In this document: one piece after another, positions 38,570-48,470 of the stretch
How the letters are laid out: every line of letters begins with the position of its first letter
Numbering within the stretch: the stretch's first letter is position 1
Assembly: GCA_039588275.1 (NCBI GenBank)
Contig: JBDHAC010000006.1
Location: forward strand, 58,807-122,806
Source: Gemmatimonadota bacterium
Lineage (GTDB): Bacteria > Gemmatimonadota > Gemmatimonadetes > Palauibacterales > Palauibacteraceae
Direction of reading: 5' to 3'
DNA: 64,000 nt
Notes under the pieces: model-generated
What the model was told of the DNA's origin: nothing
Database searches by the model: none
What the model saw: only the letters and a program-made list of their open reading frames with translations
Made by a program: the position numbers and the translations under genes

Positions 38570-40135
38570 CTAGACGCTCTCCTCCGGGAAGTTCTCCAGC
38601 ACGCCCTGAATCCTGTTCAGGAAGAACGCGGCCATCGCCCCGTCGACCACCCGGTGGTCGTAGCTGAGCCCGAAGTACGAGCGGTGTCGAATCCCGATGA
38701 CGTCGGCCCCGAGCTCATCCTGCACGACGACCGGCCGCTTCTCGATCACGCCGGTTCCGAGTATCGCGACCTGCGGCTGGTTGATGATCGGGGTGCCGAA
38801 CAGGTTCCCGAATACGCCGACGTTCGTGATCGTGAAGGTCCCGCCCTGAATGTCGTCGAAATCGAGCTCTCTGGATCGTGCTTTCTCCGCGAGCTCGTTG
38901 GCGCCCTGGGCCAGTCCGATCAGGCTGAGTCGATCGGCGTTCTTCAGAACTGGGACGATGAGCTCCGTCCCGTCGTTGATAGCGACCGCGATCCCGAGGT
39001 TCACGTCGGCGTGGTACACGATGCGCGCGCCGTCCACCGAAGCGTTCAGAATCGGGTACTCGCGCAGCGCCTCGATCACGGCGCGATAGATGAACGGGCC
39101 GTACGTGAGCTTCACGCCCTGTTCCGCGAATCTCCCTTTGAGCTTTTGACGCAGCCTGACCACGCGCTCGAAGTCGACTTCCGTCACCGACGTGACGTGC
39201 GCCGAGACACGCTTCGACATGAGCATGTGTTCCATCGTCCGCAGGCGGACGCGGCTCATCTCCTCGATGCGGTCATGCTCCCGGATGGGCACGTTCGGGA
39301 GCTTGATGTCGAGCGTGGCACCGTGTATGGGGACACGCATGACACCGGGCTCGGGTCCGACCGGAGCCTCCGCGGGTGCGGTGGTCGGCGTCGGGACCGC
39401 GGGTGTAGGGGCAGTCGGCGCTGCGGGTGCGGGGGCAGTCGGCGCCGCGGTCGCGGGCGCAGGCGGCGTGACCGTCGGCGCGGGGGTCGGAGCGGTCGTG
39501 CCGGGTGGGGTCGGAGCGGCCCGCACCGGCTCGATCTCGACCGCTGCCGGGCGGCTATCGATGTACGCGACGATGTCGTCCCGCGTGACGCGCCCCGCGA
39601 CACCGGAGCCCGGGACCTGAGCGACGTCGACGCCGTGCTCGGCGGCGATCTTACGCACGAGCGGCGTCGAGCGCGTGCGCAGGCGCTCTTCGCGTGTCGC
39701 CGGACCCTCATCATCTCCGCTTGCCGCCGGGACCCCCGATGTGGCGGTCGGCGGCGCGGCCTGGGGGGAGGGGGTCGGTGTCTCTACCGTCGGGCCCGGT
39801 GTGGGGGCCGCAGGGGCCTCGGGAACCGGAGCCACCGCGGGTGCCGCGGCTGCATCGGGAGTCCCGGCGGGCGGCGCCGCCTCGACGGCGGTCGCTTCCG
39901 TTTCGATGCGCGCGACGACCGTGTTCACCTCGACCGTCTCGCCCTCCTGGACGAGGATCTCGGCCAGCAGGCCGCTCGACGGAGCGGGAATGTCGGCGTC
40001 GACTTTGTCCGTCGAGATCTCGAACAGATCCTCGTCGCGCTCGATCGGATCGCCTACGCTCTTGAGCCACTTCGTGAGCGTGCCTTCCGCGATCGACTCG
40101 CCCATCTGAGGCATGATCACGTCGACTTTGGCCAT
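38570..40135 (-). CDS. 2-oxoacid dehydrogenase E2 (dihydrolipoamide acyltransferase)
   Basis: Lipoyl STDKV, E3-binding TPLVRKIA, GGTFTITN, YDHRVVDG. Confidence 0.95.
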   Translation of the reverse strand: MAKVDVIMPQMGESIAEGTLTKWLKSVGDPIERDEDLFEISTDKVDADIPAPSSGLLAEILVQEGETVEVNTVVARIETEATAVEAAPPAGTPDAAAAPAVAPVPEAPAAPTPGPTVETPTPSPQAAPPTATSGVPAASGDDEGPATREERLRTRSTPLVRKIAAEHGVDVAQVPGSGVAGRVTRDDIVAYIDSRPAAVEIEPVRAAPTPPGTTAPTPAPTVTPPAPATAAPTAPAPAAPTAPTPAVPTPTTAPAEAPVGPEPGVMRVPIHGATLDIKLPNVPIREHDRIEEMSRVRLRTMEHMLMSKRVSAHVTSVTEVDFERVVRLRQKLKGRFAEQGVKLTYGPFIYRAVIEALREYPILNASVDGARIVYHADVNLGIAVAINDGTELIVPVLKNADRLSLIGLAQGANELAEKARSRELDFDDIQGGTFTITNVGVFGNLFGTPIINQPQVAILGTGVIEKRPVVVQDELGADVIGIRHRSYFGLSYDHRVVDGAMAAFFLNRIQGVLENFPEESV

Positions 40136-40181
40136 GTGAACCTTCCCTGGTCAGTTCCGCCGGCGGCGCTCGGCCGCCGGC

Positions 40182-41156
40182 TCAGTAAGCGAGCAGCCAG
40201 CGGGCGGCGGTGACGATGTCCTCCACCTGCGGCAGGTGGTAGTCCTCTAACGGAGGCGAATAGGGCACCGGCGTGTCCAGCGCCGTGACCCGCCGGATCG
40301 GAGCGTCCAGCCACTCGAATCCGCCCTCGCAGATCTGGGCGGTGACCTCGCCGGCGAATCCTCCAAAGCGCGGCGCCTCGTGCGTGATCAGGACGCGCCC
40401 CGTCTTCCGGGTGCTCCCGAGGATCGCGTCGATGTCCAGGGGCCGGAGGGTCCGCAGATCGATGATCTCGATCTCGGCTCCGTCTTCCTCGGCGATTCGC
40501 GTTGCGGCCTCCTCCGCCTTGTACACCATTGCGCCGTACGTCACGATCGTCAGGGCGTCACCGGGGCGATGTAGGCGAGCTGCCCCGAGCGGGACCATGA
40601 TGTCCACTTCCTCGGGCAGGTCCTCTTTCACCCGGCGGTACAGGTACTTGTGCTCGAAATAGAGCACGGGATCCGGGTCACGGATCGCCGCTCTGAGCAG
40701 ACCCTTCGCATCGTACGCGGTCGCAGGTGCCACCATCTTCAGTCCCGCCACGTTGGCGAAGTACGATTCGACGTTCTGCGAATGGAACGGGCCGGCTCTC
40801 GCCCCTCCTCCACACGGTCCGCGAATCACGAGCCCCGCGCCCATGCCGGTGCGGTAGCGGACCTTGGCGGCGAAGTTCACGATCATGTCGAACGCGGGCG
40901 CGATGAAGTCGATGAACTGCATCTCGACCACGGGCCGGAGCCCCATGTGCGCGGCTCCGATGGCGGCGCCGACGATCGCCGCCTCGCTGATCGGCGTGTC
41001 GATCACGCGACCCGCTCCGAACTCCTCCAGGAACCCTTCGGTGATCTTGAACGCGCCGCCGTAGGCGCCCACGTCCTCGCCCATGATGAAGACCGACTCA
41101 TCGGCCAGCATCTCCTCCCACAGCGCCTCGCGGATCGCCTCGAGGTAGGTGGTCAT
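40182..41156 (-). CDS. 2-oxoacid dehydrogenase E1 beta subunit
   Basis: GEDVGAYGG, DTPISE, EMQFIDF, HSQ, DPVLYFEHK. Confidence 0.95.
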   Translation of the reverse strand: MTTYLEAIREALWEEMLADESVFIMGEDVGAYGGAFKITEGFLEEFGAGRVIDTPISEAAIVGAAIGAAHMGLRPVVEMQFIDFIAPAFDMIVNFAAKVRYRTGMGAGLVIRGPCGGGARAGPFHSQNVESYFANVAGLKMVAPATAYDAKGLLRAAIRDPDPVLYFEHKYLYRRVKEDLPEEVDIMVPLGAARLHRPGDALTIVTYGAMVYKAEEAATRIAEEDGAEIEIIDLRTLRPLDIDAILGSTRKTGRVLITHEAPRFGGFAGEVTAQICEGGFEWLDAPIRRVTALDTPVPYSPPLEDYHLPQVEDIVTAARWLLAY

Positions 41157-42253
41157 CTCAGGAATCCGTCGCTTTGGTCGGCGCCGGCGGCCGCGCCCGG
41201 CGTGGGGGTAGCGGGAGGTCGTTGGGCCAGATCCGTATAGCCGATCGGGTCGGTCCTGGTCCACGGGGGAATCCCGGACTCCGGTTCCGCATACACGCGG
41301 GTGGATGCGTCGGCGGGTGCGGGCAACGGCTGAGCCAGCGCGTCCTCCAGGGCGCGATCCAGCTCCCGATTCACCTCGTCCCGGAGCGCCGTCAGACCCG
41401 TCTCGGTCTCGAAATCGTGCTCGCGCAGGTAGCGCTCGAATCCGTCGATCGGATCCCGCTTGCGCCAGCGCTCGAGCTCCGCCTCCGGCACGTAGGCTCG
41501 AGCGTCGTGCTGGGCATGCCCCAGCATGCGGAACGTCTCGGCGACGAGTATGGTCGGTCCGCCGCCGGCGCGGGCTCGGACGACCGCCTCCACCGCGGCA
41601 TCGTACACGGCAAGGACGTCGTTCCCGTCCACGCTGATCGCCGGTACTCCATACGCCTTTGCCACGTCGGACCAACTCTCGACCGCTGCCTGGGCGGATG
41701 AGCGCGTGGAAAAGGACCACCGGTTGTGCTCCAGTACGACCACCATCGGGAGGCGCTGCACGGCGGCGAACGCGAACCCCTCGTGCGATGCGCCGGTTCG
41801 GGTGGCTCCCTCCCCCTGGTACGTCATGCAAACGCGCGGCTCCCCGCGCATCCGGAAGGCGAGCGCGACGCCGTTCAGGGCGCAGAGCTGAGTGCCCAGG
41901 GAGCTGACCGGCCCGAGCAGTCCGAGGTGCGGTACGGTCGGCGGGTTGGTGCCGTCCCTCCCCTCTCCCGCGTAGCCGGTCCGACCCATGTACTGGAGGA
42001 AGGCATCGCGGAGGGGGAGCCCGCGCACGAGGAGAGCCCCGAGGTCCCGAAACGAAGGTGCGAGCCAATCTCCTTCCTGCAACGCGAACGCGCTGCCGAC
42101 GGGCGTGGCCTCCTGGCCGAGGCTGCGGTACAGGCTTCCGAACACCTCGCCCTGCTTCAGCAGGCGCTCGAGCCGTTCCTCGAGCCCTCGCGTGAGCAGC
42201 ATGAAGCGAAGAAGGCTTCGCAGATCGTCTGCCGTCAGAGACCCGTCAGGCAT
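41153..42253 (-). CDS. 2-oxoacid dehydrogenase E1 alpha subunit
   Basis: GQEA, TPP motif GEGAT..HN, VDGND, RMLGHAQHD. Confidence 0.92.
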   Translation of the reverse strand: MPDGSLTADDLRSLLRFMLLTRGLEERLERLLKQGEVFGSLYRSLGQEATPVGSAFALQEGDWLAPSFRDLGALLVRGLPLRDAFLQYMGRTGYAGEGRDGTNPPTVPHLGLLGPVSSLGTQLCALNGVALAFRMRGEPRVCMTYQGEGATRTGASHEGFAFAAVQRLPMVVVLEHNRWSFSTRSSAQAAVESWSDVAKAYGVPAISVDGNDVLAVYDAAVEAVVRARAGGGPTILVAETFRMLGHAQHDARAYVPEAELERWRKRDPIDGFERYLREHDFETETGLTALRDEVNRELDRALEDALAQPLPAPADASTRVYAEPESGIPPWTRTDPIGYTDLAQRPPATPTPGAAAGADQSDGFLR

Positions 42254-42388
42254 CCCGTACCCGCATAGAGCTTGTACTCCGAGTGCCAACGAGAACAGGG
42301 GACCCACCGATGCCGGCCCGGCCGGCATCTTCGAACGGCAAGAATAGAGGCGGCTGGTGATCGCAGCAACTAGCGCGGCTCTATCGCT

Positions 42389-43522
42389 TTACGTTGATGT
42401 AAAGGGGAGCGCGCAGGGGCGGACATCCGCGGGCGCGCCCGCCTCGCGGGAGAGCGTCTGGCCGAGGTCGACCTCTCGTCGGGCGTAGCCGAGCGCGATC
42501 GGTCCGAAGCGCGGGGAGACTACGGCCGTGCAAACCTCCGCCACCTTTCGCTCGCGCAGAAACAATGGGGAGTCGGTAGCCAGGGGCGCGGCGGGGTCGT
42601 CGCTCGCGAAGCCCACGAGCCGACGGTTCACGTGCCCCCGGTAGTGTATGCGCGCCACCACCTCCTGTCCCGTGTAACAGCCCTTCTCGAAGTTGATCGC
42701 CCGCTCGGTCTGTCCGGTCTCCTGCGGGAGGGTGTCCGCCGTGATCTCCTGACCGTAAACCGGCACTCCACGTTCCACGCGCAGGATCTCCCAGGCCGGA
42801 CGGCTCGCCGGACCCCCGCCGAGCGACCGAACCGCGTCCAACAGCGCCGATTGCACGGATGCCGCGCTCGAGGCGGGCGCGTACACATCGAACCCCGGGC
42901 CCTCGACGGCCTCGCGTCGTAGGAGCAACAACGGCGCGTGGGCCGATCCATCGGCGTCGGCGGATGGGTCGCTCGCCGGGCCGACGCGGGCAACCTGCAG
43001 ATCTTCGAGATCCTCCGCCGGGACGCCTTCGATCCGCCATTCCGGCGCCTCCGCGAGGCGCTCTATCGCGCGCGGGGCCAGTGGCCCGACGACGCTGAGC
43101 CGAGTCACGTCCGTCGCCTCGAAGCGGGCGTACAGGGGCGGCAGGTACTTGGTCAGATGCGTGATGAGCGCGTCCGCGGACGCCACGGGAACGTCCAGCC
43201 ACAGGTCACCCGTCCAGGACTCGGTGTCTGCGAGGCCCTCGGGGAGAGCAGTGGACACGGGTTTGGGGATAATCCGCATCTCGGACACGACCCGGCCCTT
43301 GGCCGTCAGCATGAACGCGTAGGCGCTCCTGCCCTCCGCGAGAGGCTCGAGCACGTTCGTGACGAGACCGTTGATCATGTCGCGGGCGCGATCTCCCGAC
43401 ACCTCGACGATAGCCCGATCGGAGTCATCGACCAGCGCGACGCGCTCGGTCAGCGCCTCGTACTCGGCCGCCTCGCCCCCGGTCTCGATTCGAGCTCCGC
43501 CCTGTGTCCGGTCCTCATCCAA
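42389..43522 (-). CDS. ygfZ: Folate-binding YgfZ/GcvT-like protein
   Basis: KGCYTGQE signature; TTG start with AGGAG RBS. Confidence 0.88.
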   Translation of the reverse strand: MDEDRTQGGARIETGGEAAEYEALTERVALVDDSDRAIVEVSGDRARDMINGLVTNVLEPLAEGRSAYAFMLTAKGRVVSEMRIIPKPVSTALPEGLADTESWTGDLWLDVPVASADALITHLTKYLPPLYARFEATDVTRLSVVGPLAPRAIERLAEAPEWRIEGVPAEDLEDLQVARVGPASDPSADADGSAHAPLLLLRREAVEGPGFDVYAPASSAASVQSALLDAVRSLGGGPASRPAWEILRVERGVPVYGQEITADTLPQETGQTERAINFEKGCYTGQEVVARIHYRGHVNRRLVGFASDDPAAPLATDSPLFLRERKVAEVCTAVVSPRFGPIALGYARREVDLGQTLSREAGAPADVRPCALPFTST

Positions 43523-43581
43523 CGTGCCTCTCCTACGGCTCCGCCGCGCCTGGCACCTGCGCTCTACACCTCCAAACAATG

Positions 43582-43616
43582 AAAAGGCCCCCGGGGTACG
43601 CGTCCCCGGGGGCCTT
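43582..43616 (-). terminator. Rho-independent terminator after OmpA lipoprotein gene
   Basis: GGCCCCCGGGG/CCCCGGGGGCC stem plus TTTT on minus strand. Confidence 0.8.
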
Positions 43617-43695
43617 CTCCGCTCGATGAAGCGGCGAGTTGGCCTGATGTCACTTCATCGACTCGCGCCCTCGCTAGCGCGAGCCGCGCTGCGCC

Positions 43696-44349
43696 CTAGT
43701 TGCCGGAGCCGTCGTCGATCCCGGCCCACTCGAGGACGAAGGTCACACGGCGATTCTCGATGCCGCTCTGGGCGTCCACGGCGCCGGTCTCGCCGGGCTT
43801 GACCTGACGGGCTTCACCGAAGGCCGCAACATCGATGTTGTCCTCGGTCATGCCCTGGTCGACCAGGTAGGACCTGACGTTCTGCGCGCGCCGGCGCGAG
43901 AGCCCGACGTTGTAGTCCTGGCTCCCTGCCGCGTCCGCGAACCCTTCGACCGTGACCTTGGCGTTGGGGAAGTTGCCCATCACCGAAGCCGCGAACCCGT
44001 CAAGGATTCCGTGGTCGACCGGTCGCACGGCATCGCTGTTGAAGTCGAAGTGCACCGGCAGCGACACCTCGAGACCGCAGGGGCAGTGGAGGCTCTCGTC
44101 ATTGATGTGGCTGTTGACGGTTCCTCCGAGCTGACTGACGGTCTGCTCGAGCTGACCGAGCCGGCTCTGCAGGCTGGCGACATCGGACTCGAGAGTCGTG
44201 ATCCGAGTGTTGTGATCCGCGAGCTCCGCGTTCACCGGGTCCAGCAGCCCGTCAAGCTCCCACTGATGGACGAGGTGCGTGCAACCTCCCATGGTGCCCG
44301 CGAGGAACGCAGTCACCACGGCCACCGACCAACATCTCGTCTTAACCAT
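43696..44349 (-). CDS. OmpA-C domain lipoprotein with coiled coil
   Basis: Lipobox MGGC, HFDFNS, EGFAD, YN..LSRRRA, NRRV. Confidence 0.9.
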   Translation of the reverse strand: MVKTRCWSVAVVTAFLAGTMGGCTHLVHQWELDGLLDPVNAELADHNTRITTLESDVASLQSRLGQLEQTVSQLGGTVNSHINDESLHCPCGLEVSLPVHFDFNSDAVRPVDHGILDGFAASVMGNFPNAKVTVEGFADAAGSQDYNVGLSRRRAQNVRSYLVDQGMTEDNIDVAAFGEARQVKPGETGAVDAQSGIENRRVTFVLEWAGIDDGSGN

Positions 44350-44601
44350 CAGGCCTCTCCTTCTCGGTTCACAGGGCGGGACAACCTCAGGGCTTTTCCC
44401 TTGTCCAGTTTTCGACCCCGGCCGGACTGTACGCCGCGAGATGAACGGCGTCGAGCGACCGGCGTCCACACCAGGAGCCTGCGGCTCCGCTCTGTCATCA
44501 TCGCCCCCGTCAGCCGGAGCTCTGCCCCCGGCAACGGGACCGAAACGTTAATAGATCCAACCCACATTTGCGAGGCGCCGTCGGCCTTTCCGACCGAGGC
44601 G

Positions 44602-44634
44602 AAAACGGGAGAGGCGTGTGCTCACACCTCTCCC
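44602..44634 (-). terminator. Terminator after outer-membrane beta-barrel gene
   Basis: GGGAGAGG/CCTCTCCC stem plus minus-strand TTTT. Confidence 0.6.
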
Positions 44635-44666
44635 ATTGCGCCCGCAAATCGATCTCGTGCGACCGC

Positions 44667-45377
44667 CTACGGGATGTTGAGCCGTAGGCCGCCCGTGATC
44701 GGGATCGCGTACACGGTGCCGAACCCCGCCGACTGGCCGTACAGCGCCGAGATCAGGGACGAGTCGATTTCGTCGGCGAAGATGAGCGTGATGTCGGCGC
44801 CGATGAAGATCGTCCCCATGGGCGTCCCCGTCTGGCCGTGCGGGGCAAAGTTGTATCCGACCTGTAGCCCGCCGTTCAACGCGAAGTACGTGTTATCGAA
44901 GTTCCCCGTGCTTCGCGCGCCGGTCGATGAGCTGCACCTCGGGTCGCACACCACGCCGTTGACCGAGAACACGTCGGTATCGAACGTGGCACCACCGGCC
45001 CCCAAATCGAACGTGAAGAACGTGCTCGACGTCGGATCGGTGATGTGGTATTCGAACCCGCCGGTGAACGACCACAGGCTCAGGTCCGGGTCGACTCCTC
45101 CCTGGGCTCCGTCCGCCGCCCCGAGGAAGCTGAGGCCACCCTCCACGCGCAGGGCGAAGCGGGGGTTCAGGAAGTAGGAACCGGCCAGGCCGAGCGTGAG
45201 GCCCGGGTCGGCCACGTCCCCCAAGTCACCCACCGGGAGCGTGATGCCGCCGCCGCCCTCGACAGCCCAGAAGACCGGCGAGTACCGCACGAATTGAGCA
45301 TCGGCCCTCGTGGGCAGGAGAGCGAGTACCGCCACCGCCCCGAGTACCATTCCCAACTTCTTGTACCCCACCATCAT
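44667..45377 (-). CDS. Outer-membrane beta-barrel protein (OmpA/OmpW-like)
   Basis: Signal peptide ending ADA, alternating G/aromatic strands, AGGAGG RBS. Confidence 0.75.
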   Translation of the reverse strand: MMVGYKKLGMVLGAVAVLALLPTRADAQFVRYSPVFWAVEGGGGITLPVGDLGDVADPGLTLGLAGSYFLNPRFALRVEGGLSFLGAADGAQGGVDPDLSLWSFTGGFEYHITDPTSSTFFTFDLGAGGATFDTDVFSVNGVVCDPRCSSSTGARSTGNFDNTYFALNGGLQVGYNFAPHGQTGTPMGTIFIGADITLIFADEIDSSLISALYGQSAGFGTVYAIPITGGLRLNIP

Positions 45378-45605
45378 CGCTTACCTCCTGGGTTTTTTCG
45401 CTGACCGCAGGGAACACCACGGTCGTGATAGGTGTCCGCAGCCCAATATGGTACTAATCGTCGCGCAAGTGAAGCCCCTGCCGCACGATCCATGCGCAGC
45501 CGTCAAGTGGGATCTTGTACACCTAACTCGAATTGCGCAAGAAGTTGCAAGAAGGATGCCCCGTACTGACCCCTGGGCCGCCCGGGCACCTGGCCGTGTC
45601 TTTGT

Positions 45606-46568
45606 CTAGCCGGATCCCCGCTTCGTCAGGTAGCTCGTGAGCGCCTCCTCCATCTCCCGGAGCTCGAAAGCCGGAAACCGTCGCAGGAGTTCGGAATTGT
45701 CGGCCACTGCCGACTGAACCACGAAGTCCACCGCGTCGCGAGACAGCAGCTGTCCCGGTAGCGGCTCGAGGAGGAGACCGCCGAGTCTCGCCAACTCCAG
45801 GGGCACGTGCAGGATCGGCTTTTTGCGCTCGATGACGCGCATTACGATCCGGAGGACCTCGTCCATGCTGAGGACCGCTGGCCCCCCGATCTCGAGGGTA
45901 GCGCCGTCGGCAGCCGATCCGTCAACGACCTCGGCGATGAGCCGCGCGACATCCGAGATGAACACCGGGTTGATCTTCTGGTCGCCCGCCCCGAGTTGTG
46001 GAAACGGTCCGGGCACGGTCCGCATCAGGCAGACGAAGCGATTCAAGCTGGCATCCGCCGGGCCGTAGACCCACGACGGTCGAACGATGACGTGCACCAG
46101 CCCGGACTCGACGACCGCCTGCTCGGCGAGCCCCTTCGCCCGATACCAGCTTCGCGCCGATGCGGGATCGGCTCCCACCCCCGACAGGTAGATGACCTTC
46201 CGCGCGCCGGCTGTGACGGCGGCCCGAACGAGCGCCGACGTCCCGGCCGCGTCCACGCCCAGGAACGTGCGCCCCGCGCGCGCGTCCTCGACGGGGAACC
46301 CCGGGAATTGCACGCATTGAACGAGTTGCTCGATCCCTTCCAGCGCGGGGCCGAGCGACTCGGGCCGGGTGACATCACCCACGCGGTGATCGATGACACC
46401 GGGCTCGGCCCCAGGCGGACGCGGCCGCCTGGAGAGGACTGCCACGCCCCGGCCTCTCCGGACGAGCTCGCGGGCAATGGCCGACCCGAGGAACCCCGTC
46501 CCGCCGGCGACCAGCGTGCGCGCAGGTCGCGGCTGGTCGAGGTCCGGCTCTCTGGCGTCCGCGGACAT
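45606..46568 (-). CDS. NAD(P)-binding SDR (NDUFA9-like epimerase)
   Basis: GGTGFLG, YRAK, RPSWVYGP. Confidence 0.88.
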   Translation of the reverse strand: MSADAREPDLDQPRPARTLVAGGTGFLGSAIARELVRRGRGVAVLSRRPRPPGAEPGVIDHRVGDVTRPESLGPALEGIEQLVQCVQFPGFPVEDARAGRTFLGVDAAGTSALVRAAVTAGARKVIYLSGVGADPASARSWYRAKGLAEQAVVESGLVHVIVRPSWVYGPADASLNRFVCLMRTVPGPFPQLGAGDQKINPVFISDVARLIAEVVDGSAADGATLEIGGPAVLSMDEVLRIVMRVIERKKPILHVPLELARLGGLLLEPLPGQLLSRDAVDFVVQSAVADNSELLRRFPAFELREMEEALTSYLTKRGSG

Positions 46569-46587
46569 TTCGCTCGAAGATGCGTAC

Positions 46588-48366
46588 ATGACGTTCGAAA
46601 TCGGGTTCGTATTCGCCGTTACGCTGCTCGCGCTCATCCTGTTCGCATGGGAACGCGTGCGGCTGGATCAGATCGCGCTCGCGGTCCCTGTGGCGCTCCT
46701 GTTGAGCGGTGTGCTCACGCCCGAAGAGGCGGTCTCGGGGCTGAGCAGCAGAGCGACGGTAACCGTGGCAGCGATGCTCGTGCTTGGACTGGGGCTCCGC
46801 AAGACGGGGGCGGTCGCGGCGATCGGACGTTGGGCACAGACGGCCCCCCTGGGGGGACCTACGCTGCGCCTGTTCGCGCTCTGCGTGGTCGTCGCGGTTC
46901 TGTCGCCGTTCCTGAACAACACCGCGGTAGTCGTGGTCTTTCTCCCGGTCTTTCTCGCGCTGGCCGAGCACGCGGAGGAGCCGGCGTCGGTGTACCTGAT
47001 ACCGCTCTCGTTCGTGGCGATCCTCGCCGGCACCGTCACCCTGATCGGGACGTCGACCAACCTCGTCGTCTACGGGATGGCGACCACGCGAGGACTCACC
47101 GAGCTGACCATGTTCTCGATCGCTCCGCTGGGGTTTATCTACCTCGCCGTCGGCTTCCTCTATCTGTTCACGGTCGCGCGTCCCCTGTTGCCTCGCAGGG
47201 ACCGCCCGCCCGACCTGTCCGGCAAGTATGACGTCCGGCGCTTCGTGACGGAGCTGGAGGTGAGGCCGGACTCCCCCGCGACGGGCCGCACGCTCGAAGA
47301 CCTGGGTTGGGGGGCGCGATACGGCCTTACGGTCCTGGGTATCGAGCGGGGTGAGCGCGTGATTCCCGCTCCAGGCGCCCGGCGCTACATTCAGCCCGGT
47401 GATGTGCTGTACGTCCAGGGGTCGGCGGACCGCTTACTCATGCTCGCGCGGCAGCAACGGCTCGTCACCCCGACAGAGAAGACCCAGCGCGAGCTGAACG
47501 TGGTGCGCCACGGCGGAAGAATGGTCGAGATGATGGTCGCGCCGGGCTCGTTGCTGGTGGGCCGCCGGCTGCGCGACATCCGCTTCCTTCAGCGCTACGA
47601 CGCCACCGTGCTGGCCGTGCAACACCACGATGTGACGGTGCACGAGCGGCTGGCGGACATCCCGTTCCACGTCGGTGACCTGCTCCTGGTTCACGGCCCC
47701 GCCTCGGCCCTGGCCCGGCTCGCGGATGAGCCGGGCTTCATCCCGATGGGGGAGGTGGCGCATCCGCCTGCCGCCCGGCCCAGGGCTCCCGTCGCGATCG
47801 GGATCATGGCGGCCGTCGTGCTCGCCGCCGGGACCGGGCTGACGTCGATCCTGGCGGCCGCGTTGGCGGGCGTGGCTCTGATGGTATTCTCGCGCTGCGT
47901 TCACCTCGATGAGGTGTACGCCGAGCTCGATTGGCTGGTGATCTTTCTGCTGGCCGGTCTCATCCCGCTTGGTGTGGCGATGGACAAGACGGGGGCCGCG
48001 GCGCTGATCGGGCGGGGCGTGGCGGACCTGGCGGGCGGGCTCGGCGTGACGGGTGTCGTCGCCGTCTTCTACGTGGTGACATCGCTCCTCACATCGATCA
48101 TCTCGAACACCGCCGCCGCGGTCGTGCTCACGCCCATCGCGCTCCTGGCCGCGGAGGACTTGGCCATGAATCCGTATGCGCTAATCGTGGCGGTGATGTT
48201 CGGCGCCTCTGCCTCGTTCATGACGCCCTTCGGCTATCAGACCAACGTGATGATCTACACGCCGGGCGGGTACCGATTCATGGACTTCGTGAAGGTCGGA
48301 GCGCCCCTCAACCTCTTGCTGGTGATCACGGCGGCCATCTTCATACCGATCTTCTGGCCCAGCTGA
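46588..48366 (+). CDS. SLC13/DASS permease with two TrkA-C domains
   Basis: FLNNT, TLIGTSTNL, ISNTA, FMTPFGYQTN, GGYRFMDF. Confidence 0.92.
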   Translation: MTFEIGFVFAVTLLALILFAWERVRLDQIALAVPVALLLSGVLTPEEAVSGLSSRATVTVAAMLVLGLGLRKTGAVAAIGRWAQTAPLGGPTLRLFALCVVVAVLSPFLNNTAVVVVFLPVFLALAEHAEEPASVYLIPLSFVAILAGTVTLIGTSTNLVVYGMATTRGLTELTMFSIAPLGFIYLAVGFLYLFTVARPLLPRRDRPPDLSGKYDVRRFVTELEVRPDSPATGRTLEDLGWGARYGLTVLGIERGERVIPAPGARRYIQPGDVLYVQGSADRLLMLARQQRLVTPTEKTQRELNVVRHGGRMVEMMVAPGSLLVGRRLRDIRFLQRYDATVLAVQHHDVTVHERLADIPFHVGDLLLVHGPASALARLADEPGFIPMGEVAHPPAARPRAPVAIGIMAAVVLAAGTGLTSILAAALAGVALMVFSRCVHLDEVYAELDWLVIFLLAGLIPLGVAMDKTGAAALIGRGVADLAGGLGVTGVVAVFYVVTSLLTSIISNTAAAVVLTPIALLAAEDLAMNPYALIVAVMFGASASFMTPFGYQTNVMIYTPGGYRFMDFVKVGAPLNLLLVITAAIFIPIFWPS

Positions 48367-48413
48367 TCCACGATCGCTCGCCCCCCCACCCGATCAACCG
48401 TATCATCTCGACG

Positions 48414-48452
48414 CCGAATCGCACCGAATCGCACCGAATCGCACCGAATCGC
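48414..48452 (+). repeat. About 4x 10-bp tandem repeat
   Basis: CCGAATCGCA repeated just upstream of the AGGAG RBS. Confidence 0.9.
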
Positions 48453-48470
48453 GCAGGAGAGCGACGGTTC

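Noticed and set aside
39350..39900. Pro/Ala/Thr-rich repeats in E2
   Set aside because: Ordinary flexible linkers of dihydrolipoamide acyltransferases
41800..41825. GEG instead of GDG in the E1 alpha TPP motif
   Set aside because: GEG is a known variant in branched-chain 2-oxoacid dehydrogenases
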